IMG/VR virus record: IMGVR_UViG_3300032304_000649
Direction: 5' to 3' (one strand)
DNA from: an uncultured virus (IMG/VR IMGVR_UViG_3300032304_000649)
Lineage: Duplodnaviria; Heunggongvirae; Uroviricota; Caudoviricetes
DNA length: 20,000 bases
The translations under genes and the position numbers were made by a program. The notes under the pieces are model-generated. The model was not told the origin of the DNA. It saw nothing but the letters and a program-made list of their open reading frames with translations, and searched no databases. How positions within the stretch are numbered: the first letter of the stretch is position 1; each line of letters starts with the position of its first letter. This document shows, piece by piece, positions 1 to 7,497 of this stretch.

Positions 1-200
1 ACAAAGATGACCAAACCAAAGACCATTTCGGTATTATTGCTGATGAAGTAGATGCCGCTGGTATCAAAGAATTGGTTACATACGGAGCAGATGGCGAAGT
101 AGAAGGTTTCCAATATGAACGCTTAACTGTAGTTCTCTTAAAAGCAGTTCAAGAACTAAAAGCAGAAGTAGATTCACTAAAAGCACAACTTAACAAATAG
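1..200 (+). CDS. 3' end of a tail fibre/tailspike with a C-terminal intramolecular chaperone (peptidase S74-like) domain; partial, starts upstream of the window
   Basis: Frame 3 is open from the window edge to TAG at 198-200 and translates as KDDQTKDHFGIIADEVDAAGIKELVTYGADGEVEGFQYERLTVVLLKAVQELKAEVDSLKAQLNK. GxIAxEV...Y..L...L.KAVQEL followed by a coiled coil is the typical S74 chaperone ending. Not in the supplied ORF track. Confidence 0.85.
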   Translation, partial: KDDQTKDHFGIIADEVDAAGIKELVTYGADGEVEGFQYERLTVVLLKAVQELKAEVDSLKAQLNK

Positions 201-208
201 GAGTAGAT

Positions 209-418
209 ATGACTGAAATCACCGCAGAAGAAATTGCTCGCCATTACTCGGCAGCAATGGATTCAGTAAACCTCATTAATGCTGGTAAGCCCGAAGATAT
301 GGCTGATGATGAGTGGGCTGATACTGTTGCTCGCAACAAAGCTCACCTAGTTATTATGCTGGCTAAAGACTTTTGGACAACGGAAGATTTAGCACCACTA
401 CAACAGGCCGCACAATAA
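209..418 (+). CDS. Small acidic hypothetical phage protein (69 aa), possibly tail-fibre associated
   Basis: Good RBS (AGGAG at 199-203) before the ATG; directly follows the fibre gene; stop overlaps the next start (TAATG). Confidence 0.75.
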   Translation: MTEITAEEIARHYSAAMDSVNLINAGKPEDMADDEWADTVARNKAHLVIMLAKDFWTTEDLAPLQQAAQ

Positions 419-588
419 TGTCCGACCTAATAGATAAAAACGAAGCCGCGCTATCCGCGCACGAGGCGGTCTGTGCCGAGCGCTACGCCGGCATCAACGC
501 CAGACTAAAACGCATCGAGCAGATCCTAGTCGGGTCGGTGGGATTCATTGTGGCGACCATGATCGCCCTACTCATAAAACTACACTAA
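418..588 (+). CDS. Small membrane protein (56 aa): coiled coil plus C-terminal TM helix, XhlA/holin-accessory-like
   Basis: The true start is probably ATG 418, coupled by TAATG to the upstream stop, rather than 373. MSDLIDKNEAALSAHEAVCAERYAGINARLKRIEQ is followed by the hydrophobic ILVGSVGFIVATMIALLI. Lies in the lysis cassette. Confidence 0.7.
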   Translation: MSDLIDKNEAALSAHEAVCAERYAGINARLKRIEQILVGSVGFIVATMIALLIKLH

Positions 589-594
589 TGGATA

Positions 595-1038
595 ATGTCA
601 GACCAATTTGGCTTTTTAGAAGGAGCAAAATCTCTTGGTAGCACCCTTGACTCCGCGCGCGGGGTCAGCAAGGAGTTATCTACCAGCATCGCCAACGTAC
701 AAAAAGAAGCAACCGACCTAGCCCAGCAACGCGCCCAAGAGCGCATCAGGGCACAAAAGGTTCACGTCGACCAGACCATACTAAAGGCATTTGACGAGTT
801 CAAAATCATCGAGGAAGTCAAGCGCCTCGAGCAAAAGATGAAGGCCGAGGTAACACGAAACTACGGCCCCAAGGCGTGGGATGACATACAGGTCATCAAG
901 GCGCGTCTCTTAAAGGAGAAAAAAGAAAATGAAAAGCTGTTTAACAAAGACCTACACGAAATTAAAAGAGTACAGCTCTATTGCTTTATCGTCGCTGGTG
1001 TCATTGCTTGGTACCTTACGTGGGGTCATAAGGGGTAA
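595..1038 (+). CDS. Hypothetical coiled-coil protein with a C-terminal membrane anchor (lysis region)
   Basis: 147 aa ORF, helical and charged, ending in LYCFIVAGVIAWYLTWG. Confidence 0.7.
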   Translation: MSDQFGFLEGAKSLGSTLDSARGVSKELSTSIANVQKEATDLAQQRAQERIRAQKVHVDQTILKAFDEFKIIEEVKRLEQKMKAEVTRNYGPKAWDDIQVIKARLLKEKKENEKLFNKDLHEIKRVQLYCFIVAGVIAWYLTWGHKG

Positions 1039-1044
1039 AAAATA

Positions 1045-1458
1045 ATGTTCCCGATCACAGCGCTGTTTGACATCGGCACCAAGCTAATTGACAAGCTGAT
1101 CCCGGACCCAGAGGCTAAGGCCAAGGCACAACAAGAGCTCATCAAGCTCCAGCAAGAGGGCAAGTTAGCCGAGCTAAACGCCGACAACATTGAGGCACAG
1201 GAGCTAACCAAGCGCCAGCAGGCCGACATGGCAAGCGACTCGTGGCTATCCAAGAACATCCGCCCGATGACACTGATCTTTATACTGATCGTGTACACCA
1301 TATTCGCCGCCATGAGCGCCGCAGACATCGAGGTCAACAACAACTACGTTGAGCTCTTGGGTCAGTGGGGCATGCTGATTATGTCATTCTATTTCGGCGG
1401 ACGCTCGCTGGAGAAGATCATGGAAATGAAGAAAGGCAAAAGTGAACCTAAGCCCTAA
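1045..1458 (+). CDS. Holin, 3TM gene-transfer-agent holin-like family
   Basis: Motifs IDKLIPDPEAKAKAQ, D..SDSWLSKNIRP, two hydrophobic helices and FYFGGRS.EK; lies immediately upstream of two peptidoglycan hydrolases. Confidence 0.8.
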   Translation: MFPITALFDIGTKLIDKLIPDPEAKAKAQQELIKLQQEGKLAELNADNIEAQELTKRQQADMASDSWLSKNIRPMTLIFILIVYTIFAAMSAADIEVNNNYVELLGQWGMLIMSFYFGGRSLEKIMEMKKGKSEPKP

Positions 1459-1876
1459 CTTTACACTAGAAGAACTAACCGCCAGCGAGGTGGCACAGCG
1501 CAAGGGGCTAGACAACACCCCAAACGCCACCGAGACGGCTAACCTAGTACGCACCGCAGAGTTACTAGAACAAGTCAGATCGCTACTTAACAAGCCGATC
1601 CTTGTAAACTCAGCGTTTCGCTCTAAACCAGTTAACGACTCTGTCGGCAGCAAGGACACTAGCCAGCATAGGCTAGGTTGTGCCGCCGATATCAGAGTCC
1701 CCGGATTGACCCCCAAACAGGTCGTACAGGCCTGCATCGATGGAGGAATACCATTTGATCAAATTATCGAAGAGTTTGGCTCCTGGACGCATATCAGCGT
1801 GCCAAACACTAAAGAACAGCAACCAAGGCGTCAGGCCTTAATTATTGACAAAAACGGTACAAGACCGTACAATTAG
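1442..1876 (+). CDS. Peptidase M15A-family Zn peptidase (endolysin)
   Basis: GTG start. LSPNFTLEEL N-terminus, NSAFRS, SQH-x6-D (SQHRLGCAAD) and WTHIS provide the His/Asp/His zinc ligands. Confidence 0.88.
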   Translation: MNLSPNFTLEELTASEVAQRKGLDNTPNATETANLVRTAELLEQVRSLLNKPILVNSAFRSKPVNDSVGSKDTSQHRLGCAADIRVPGLTPKQVVQACIDGGIPFDQIIEEFGSWTHISVPNTKEQQPRRQALIIDKNGTRPYN

Positions 1877-1895
1877 TCTAAATTAAGGAGACGTT

Positions 1896-2429
1896 ATGCT
1901 ACGACATCAGTTGGCGGTATACGCCTGCGCGATCGCGCTTGTTTGGGGAATGTGCTTCCATGATCCCCTGGCTAAATGGGCTATAGCCCACACCCCATTC
2001 CAATGGGTTGCGGACTCAACCGTTGAGTTAATCGAACACTTTGAAGGAAAACGCTACCGCGCTTATCAGGATGCTGGCGGCTATTGGACAACTGGGGTGG
2101 GGCATTTAATACGCCAAAAAGACACCCATTTGCTTCACAAAGAGCTTTCTGAAGCCGAGGTAATGGGTATCCTACACCGGGACCTAGAAAAGTGCTCTAC
2201 GGCCCTGGAATCGGCTTTAAACACTATTCCTAAAAGGCACCAGATTGACGCCCTAATGAGCCTGTGCCACAACATTGGACCTAACAACATTATGCGTTCT
2301 GAGGTAGTCAAACACCTAAACGATGGTAATGTGCACAAGGCTGGAGATGCGTTCCTTAACTGGAGCACCCCACCAGTACTTAAAAAGCGCCGTCAGATTG
2401 AGCGCACATTGTTCTTAGCAGGGGCGTAA
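1896..2429 (+). CDS. GH24 (T4-like) lysozyme with an N-terminal hydrophobic signal/SAR-like segment
   Basis: RBS AAGGAG. Catalytic E50-x8-D59-x5-T65 (FEGKRYRAYQDAGGYWTTGVGH), DAL.SL..NIG, and C-terminal L.KRR..ER.LF. N-terminus MLRHQLAVYACAIALVWGMC is hydrophobic. Confidence 0.9.
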   Translation: MLRHQLAVYACAIALVWGMCFHDPLAKWAIAHTPFQWVADSTVELIEHFEGKRYRAYQDAGGYWTTGVGHLIRQKDTHLLHKELSEAEVMGILHRDLEKCSTALESALNTIPKRHQIDALMSLCHNIGPNNIMRSEVVKHLNDGNVHKAGDAFLNWSTPPVLKKRRQIERTLFLAGA

Positions 2430-2443
2430 ACCCCTGTATTTTT
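2418..2443 (+). terminator. Putative intrinsic terminator closing the lysis cassette
   Basis: Stem GCAGGGG / CCCCTGT with loop CGTAAA (which contains the lysozyme stop codon), followed by ATTTTT. Confidence 0.55.
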
Positions 2444-2460
2444 GCATTAGTAGATATAAG
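2422..2460 (+). promoter_or_regulatory. Repeated regulatory motif, copy 1 (candidate phage late promoter)
   Basis: GGGCG-N10-TATTTTTGCATTAGTAGATATAAG; the second copy at 9885-9923 has the same spacing and a 22/24 identical core. Confidence 0.7.
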
Positions 2461-2503
2461 GGCTGATCACCCTATTCACCAATAAACCTCGAGGAAATAC
2501 AAA

Positions 2504-3838
2504 ATGGAAGGCTTTAAATCACTCCCCAAGATGCAATGTTTTAAAGAAGGCGGCTCTGTTAAAGCCATGTGCTATGGCGGCAAAATGAAAAAAGGCGGCC
2601 ACGCCGAGTCCAAAGAAATGAAAAAGGACATTGCCCAAGACAAAAAGGTTGTCAAGAAGGCATTTGCCATGCACGACAAGCAATCCCACGAGGGAGAAAA
2701 GACTAACCTGTCCAAGCTCAAAAAAGGTGGGCGGATGAAGAAAGAGGTTGGTACAGTAAAAAAGTATAAAGCCGGCGGCGCTATCGAAATGAAGAAAGAC
2801 GCCGGTGATAAAGATGACATCAAAAAAGTTAAACAGACCAAATCTAAAAAAGCAGCCGCGCCCAGCGCCGCATCTAAAGATGTAATGAATACCCCTAAGT
2901 TTTTCAAAAAGGGCAATGCAGTAAAAAAATGTAACGAAGGCGGGTCATTAAAATCTGTTGACGCAGAAGAAAATCCAGGATTGGCTAAATTACCCACCAA
3001 TGTACGTAACAAAATGGGTTACGCTAAGAAGGGCGGTAAAGTAAAAAAGTATAATAGTGGCGGAGATGTAAAAGATCCACAAAAGCTGGTTGATGAAATT
3101 GCGCTTGAGGAAAACACCCAAGACCGTGAAATGATTATGAAGCCAGTTCGAGCCGCTGGAAAAATGATCACTAAAGGTATTAGTGCTGCTAAGTCTGCGT
3201 TAAAAGGATCTAATGCAGAACGTGAAGCTGTTGCCAAGAAAAAAGGCGGCAAGATCAAGAAGTTTAACACTGGTGGTTCCACTGGCCCGCTCACTCCCGA
3301 AGAAGAAGCATATCTAGGTGGTGCTGATCGCACCGATCCATTTATTATGGCTCGTATGCGTTCTGCGTTAGGTCCAAAGAAACAAACCTATATGCCAAAT
3401 GCAAACCCTGCAATGGATAACCGTGATGTTGGAATGGTTGAATCGACTCCTGCTCCCACTGTCCCCCTTCGTCCTGATGTCGATCCAGACACTGGTTTAG
3501 CTTACCCACAAGAAAATCAATTGCGCACTGCCCCAATGGCACCACGCCCAGTTCGTCGTCCAGCGGCGGCTCCTGCGGCTCCTAGTATTAGTTCAACAGA
3601 CACAGCACGTTTAGATGAAATTGCTAGAGGCCAAGGCGTGTTCCCTGAAGGATCTGCAGCGTTGCCAAAACGTTCAGGAAAACGCCAATCTATTGGTAAA
3701 AGTTTCTTTACAGCAACTCCTGAAGAACAAGCTGCATCATTTGGACGTGGTGCTGAAGCTCGCAAAAACTTAGGCAAAAAAATGGGACCATTAACTATGC
3801 CAAGTTTTTCTAATGCTTTAGAAAGATACAAACCTTAA
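2504..3838 (+). CDS. Lys-rich low-complexity protein with about 10 hydrophobic-x-x-GG repeats; putative internal head/cargo protein
   Basis: 444 aa ORF with RBS GAGGA. N-terminal 260 aa are very basic and punctuated by FKEGG, MCYGG, MKKGG, LKKGG, YKAGG, CNEGG, AKKGG, YNSGG, KKKGG and FNTGG; the C-terminal part is Pro/Ala-rich. Function is inferred. Confidence 0.7.
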   Translation: MEGFKSLPKMQCFKEGGSVKAMCYGGKMKKGGHAESKEMKKDIAQDKKVVKKAFAMHDKQSHEGEKTNLSKLKKGGRMKKEVGTVKKYKAGGAIEMKKDAGDKDDIKKVKQTKSKKAAAPSAASKDVMNTPKFFKKGNAVKKCNEGGSLKSVDAEENPGLAKLPTNVRNKMGYAKKGGKVKKYNSGGDVKDPQKLVDEIALEENTQDREMIMKPVRAAGKMITKGISAAKSALKGSNAEREAVAKKKGGKIKKFNTGGSTGPLTPEEEAYLGGADRTDPFIMARMRSALGPKKQTYMPNANPAMDNRDVGMVESTPAPTVPLRPDVDPDTGLAYPQENQLRTAPMAPRPVRRPAAAPAAPSISSTDTARLDEIARGQGVFPEGSAALPKRSGKRQSIGKSFFTATPEEQAASFGRGAEARKNLGKKMGPLTMPSFSNALERYKP

Positions 3839-3839
3839 T

Positions 3840-4007
3840 ATGCCAATAGAGTCTAAACAACAACAGAAGGCAATGTACGCCGCCGCGGCTGGTAAGTCAA
3901 CCCTTGGCATTCCTAAAAAAGTTGGTAAAGAGTTTATTAAGGCCGGCAAGGCAAAACCAAACCTTCCACAAAAAGTAACTAAACGCGCATCCGGTAGAGG
4001 ACGTTAA
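3840..4007 (+). CDS. Small basic hypothetical protein (55 aa)
   Basis: Not in the ORF track. ATG 3840 to TAA 4007 gives [55 protein letters not shown] and fills the gap between the flanking genes (1 and 3 nt spacers). Confidence 0.8.
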   Translation: MPIESKQQQKAMYAAAAGKSTLGIPKKVGKEFIKAGKAKPNLPQKVTKRASGRGR

Positions 4008-4010
4008 TTT

Positions 4011-5078
4011 ATGGCTTACTCTGGTACAACTAACCAGACCAAGATCAATGTAGATCAGTTGATCTCGTACGCATATCGTGATGCTGGCAAGACGGCAGAA
4101 GAAATCACGCCCGAGTATATTGACGCCGGTAAACAGGCTCTGTTCTACATATTACAGAACATGTCTAACCGTGGCGTTAACCTGTGGTTGTTAGAAAACT
4201 ATCTGTGCGGCGCCGTTACGGCACAGCAACAGCTCATCCTGCCCCCTGGTACGATTGACGTGCGTGAGTCAAACTGGGTCTATATTATTAACTCAGAGGC
4301 CGCTGAATATCTACCAACAGCCAACCCGGACTCCCCCGCAGCCTTTGATCAAAACCTTGATATCACAGCAACCTCAACCATTGGTGCAAATTTTTTTGGT
4401 CTTGAGTACCAAGACGCCCTCCCAGTCTTTTATGTCGGCTTTAATGGCTACGCGTCTGGTGGTGGTACTACAACTTACAATTTTGCGTACGAGGTTAGTG
4501 ATGACGGTGTAACCTGGACAACTGTCGAACAGTTACCAGAGACCACACTAAAAGATCGCGAGTGGGCCTACTTTAATATTAGCACCACGCCAAACCATTA
4601 TTTCTACCGCCTGCGTGAGACAGTGGCGACCACATTTACGGTTCGCCAAATTGTGTTCTCAACCAGCCAGCAAGTTATTCCGTTGGCACGACTAAACCGT
4701 GACGACTACTGGAACCTACCAAACAAACAGTTCCCATCGGTACGTTCATTACAGTATTGGTTTGATCGTACCATCGTGCCCTCGATGTATCTATGGCCCG
4801 TACCAAACAATGACTTCCAAATGTTTCAGTTAATTATTGAAAGAGAAATGCAAGACGTTGGATCGTTGACTAACGAACTATATGTACCAAACCGTTGGAT
4901 TGGTTCCGTCCAAGCGTCACTGTCACATAAACTGGCGATGCAGTTACCACAAATTGATTTAGCGCGTATCCAGTACTTAGAAGCGCAGGCCACTAAACTA
5001 GAGTACGACGCGGCACAAGAAGAGCGCGACAAGTCGCCAATTTACTTCCAACCAGCGATTGCATATTATACAAGATGA
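4011..5078 (+). CDS. Putative head-tail adaptor/connector-type virion protein with an inserted discoidin (F5/8 type C)-like domain
   Basis: 355 aa with an adaptor-like layout (helical N-terminus, LPxGTIDV, P..YWFDR...YLWPVP, helical C-terminus). The central AFD...EVSDDGVTW...YRLR...VRQIVF segment resembles a discoidin jelly-roll. Lies in the structural operon. Confidence 0.55.
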   Translation: MAYSGTTNQTKINVDQLISYAYRDAGKTAEEITPEYIDAGKQALFYILQNMSNRGVNLWLLENYLCGAVTAQQQLILPPGTIDVRESNWVYIINSEAAEYLPTANPDSPAAFDQNLDITATSTIGANFFGLEYQDALPVFYVGFNGYASGGGTTTYNFAYEVSDDGVTWTTVEQLPETTLKDREWAYFNISTTPNHYFYRLRETVATTFTVRQIVFSTSQQVIPLARLNRDDYWNLPNKQFPSVRSLQYWFDRTIVPSMYLWPVPNNDFQMFQLIIEREMQDVGSLTNELYVPNRWIGSVQASLSHKLAMQLPQIDLARIQYLEAQATKLEYDAAQEERDKSPIYFQPAIAYYTR

Positions 5079-5614
5079 CACATTCTGTATATTGGATTCG
5101 GCATAAAGATCACACTGATATGTTTAATCAGGGGTATATTGGTGTTTCTAAAAATGTTGAATCTCGTTGGTTTAGACATAGTCGATACTCAGATAATCAA
5201 CACTTAAAAGCTGCAATTAAAAAATATGGATGGGATAACTTGATAAAACAAGTTATTTTAATTGGTGAAAAATTGTATTGCTATAATTTAGAAGCCAAAA
5301 TTAGGCCAACTAAACAAATTGGTTGGAATATAGCTGAAGGCGGGGTAAACCCACCTATATCAAAACCAAGAGGCCCTAATTATTTAAGCCCGCTAAAAGG
5401 CGTTTCAAAACCAACACCTTGGATGGTTGGTAGAAAAGTATCAGATAAAGAAAAAAAGTTAGCATCAGAGCGTCGTAAAGTAAAAGTTAAATATCAAAAT
5501 GTTATTTACAGTAGTTTTGAAGAATTGGCTGCTTTTTTAAATATTAAGTATTCTACATTAACAAATAGGATTTATAGAAATGCTGCTAAATACGGCTACG
5601 AGGTCTTAAAATGA
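5075..5614 (+). mobile_element. Free-standing GIY-YIG homing endonuclease gene
   Basis: VYWI...GYIGVSKNVESRWFRH is a GIY-YIG variant with the conserved Arg; later LE and GWNIAEGG supply the Glu and Asn; basic NUMOD/HTH-like C-terminus (YSSFEELAAFLNIKYSTL). Clearly more AT-rich than its flanks (14 G+C in 60 nt at 5221-5280). Confidence 0.88.
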
Positions 5615-6231
5615 GCGGCGCATACGTAATGACCTACAACAATCTGGTAGATGACGTCCAGCGTTACATGGAACGTGACGACGCCGGGTTTGTTGCGCAG
5701 ATCCCGAGCCTAATTGGTTTGGCCGAGGCCGCCATTGCCGCCGAATTAAAATCGCTACTGCAGTTAACTGTGGTAGAGACCACGTTGGCAACTAATCAAG
5801 ATGTGTTGGCAAAACCAGCACGCTGGCGTAAGACTGTGTCAATGAAAGTTAACGGCGCGCCTGTTTTGTTACGTTCACAGGATTATATTGCACAGTACCA
5901 ATCAGAATCCGCCAACGGGCTGCCTAAGTACTACGGCGAGTATGACTACAACAACTGGAACTTTGCGCCAAAGCCAGACGATGACTACCCAGTAGAAATT
6001 ATTTACTACAGCCTAATCCAGCCGCTAGACACCTCTAACCAAACTAACTTGTTCACGCGCGAGTGCCCACAGGCGATGTTGTTTGGAACTTTACTACAGG
6101 CCCAGGGTTATCTAAAGGCGTTGGATAAACTGCCGGTTTGGAAAGCATACTACACCGAGTCATTAGCCGCGTTGAAGAAAGAAGACAACTCGCGTCGTAT
6201 TGATCGAAATACTACGGTCCAGGAACCATAA
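5611..6231 (+). CDS. Putative adaptor / tail tubular protein A-like virion protein
   Basis: 206 aa: MTYNNLVDDVQRYMER...I.LAE, G.PKYY, FAPKPD..Y.VEIIYY, TN....P..LFG.L.QA..YLK. This pattern is typical of podovirus-type adaptor proteins; lies upstream of the nozzle-like gene. Confidence 0.6.
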   Translation: MSGAYVMTYNNLVDDVQRYMERDDAGFVAQIPSLIGLAEAAIAAELKSLLQLTVVETTLATNQDVLAKPARWRKTVSMKVNGAPVLLRSQDYIAQYQSESANGLPKYYGEYDYNNWNFAPKPDDDYPVEIIYYSLIQPLDTSNQTNLFTRECPQAMLFGTLLQAQGYLKALDKLPVWKAYYTESLAALKKEDNSRRIDRNTTVQEP

Positions 6232-6234
6232 TAT

Positions 6235-7497
6235 ATGCCAATCTACACATCACCGTTTACCGGCACAGTCGTACAGCCAACCGATGTATCGTACTACGAG
6301 CTTAACTTTAGTGCGAACGTACAGCTCTACTGGCCTGCTGTTGTCAACCCACAGCAGGTACCAGCCGCGCGTATTATCGACGCTACACCGTCCACATCTG
6401 GATTGGTTATCTCGCTGCCAGAGGGCAACCAAGGCACCACCGGCTCGGACATTTTAATCCGTAACTTTGGCGCAAACACATTCACCGTTGAAGATTTTAC
6501 TGGCACAGGATCAGTATCAATCGCCGCGGGTGTATCTAAATACTTCTACCTATCTGATAATACTACCTCTGCTGGTGTTTGGCAAAACGTTACGTTTGGT
6601 GCCGGAACATCGTCGGCCGACGCTGCCTCATTAGCTGGCGCCGGATTAGTAGCGCTTGCCGGCAAACTAAACACTACACAAAACGTTGTGGCTGTGTCAT
6701 CGACCCCATCAATTACAGACGCAAGCCGCGCATCCACATTTGTTTGGACGGGCGGTAACGGCACGTTTACTTTACCTACGGCAGCTAGTTTAAGTGGTGG
6801 TTGGTACATTGCGTTTAGAAATAATGGCACGGGTGCAATTACAGTTACGCCGCAGGGCACGTCAACAATTGACAGTCTGTCGACCATCACTGTCAACCCA
6901 TCTGAATCTGGCTTTATTTTATTCCAGCAATCTACTGGTAACTTCTTTACCGTTGGATTAGCGGTTCCGTCTAACGTAACTTTTACATCGGCAACGTATG
7001 ATGTAGACTCTATTATTGGTAATACGTTTAGCTTAGTGTCTTACGCGCCAATTATCCAGACATACGTCGCATTAGCTGGAACACGTGCGGTTGACTTAGA
7101 TGTCACACTACCTGCAACCACCCAGTTGTATGTGTTGGTAAACAACACCGGACAAGCTGGGTATGATGTTACGTTTCAAATCTCTGGCAGTTTACAGACA
7201 CCCGTTCCGTTAGGTAACGGTGGCGTTATCTTGGCGTTAAGTGACGGTAACCAACTGTATGTGATTAGCCAGACAACCGTAGGTATTTACCTTGCTGATA
7301 ACGGCTCCGCAGCAGCACCATCATTTTCGTTTACAAATGATACCAACACGGGTATGTATTTAATTGGTACAAACAATTTAGGTTTTTCAGCAAACTCAGT
7401 ATTAATGCTAGACATTGATAACACTAACACATTGAGTCCACAAGTATCTACACCAGCAACATTTAACGCAGGGTTAATTGGTGGCGGGACGTTCTAA
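6235..7497 (+). CDS. Beta-rich virion structural protein (tail fibre/spike base-like) with three internal repeats
   Basis: 420 aa, Thr/Ser/Gly-rich. Three LP...N...TV-type modules, plus GSAAAPSFSFTNDTNTGMY near the C-terminus, a motif common in phage fibres. Confidence 0.65.
   Translation: MPIYTSPFTGTVVQPTDVSYYELNFSANVQLYWPAVVNPQQVPAARIIDATPSTSGLVISLPEGNQGTTGSDILIRNFGANTFTVEDFTGTGSVSIAAGVSKYFYLSDNTTSAGVWQNVTFGAGTSSADAASLAGAGLVALAGKLNTTQNVVAVSSTPSITDASRASTFVWTGGNGTFTLPTAASLSGGWYIAFRNNGTGAITVTPQGTSTIDSLSTITVNPSESGFILFQQSTGNFFTVGLAVPSNVTFTSATYDVDSIIGNTFSLVSYAPIIQTYVALAGTRAVDLDVTLPATTQLYVLVNNTGQAGYDVTFQISGSLQTPVPLGNGGVILALSDGNQLYVISQTTVGIYLADNGSAAAPSFSFTNDTNTGMYLIGTNNLGFSANSVLMLDIDNTNTLSPQVSTPATFNAGLIGGGTF

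Noticed and set aside
373..417. Longer start (ATG-equivalent at 373) for the 373..588 ORF
   Set aside because: It overlaps the upstream gene by 46 nt; ATG 418 gives TAATG coupling like many other junctions here.
1896..1960. Lipoprotein (o-spanin-like) signal at the lysozyme N-terminus
   Set aside because: Neither Cys context (VYAC, WGMC) fits the lipobox [LVI][ASTVI][GAS]C well.
2430..2447. Sigma54 promoter suggested by TTGCA
   Set aside because: The required GG 10 nt upstream of the GC is absent in both copies (CC at 2432-2433, TG at 9895-9896).
5060..5630. Group I intron around the GIY-YIG gene
   Set aside because: There is no non-coding flank for a ribozyme core, and both neighbours appear to be complete genes.
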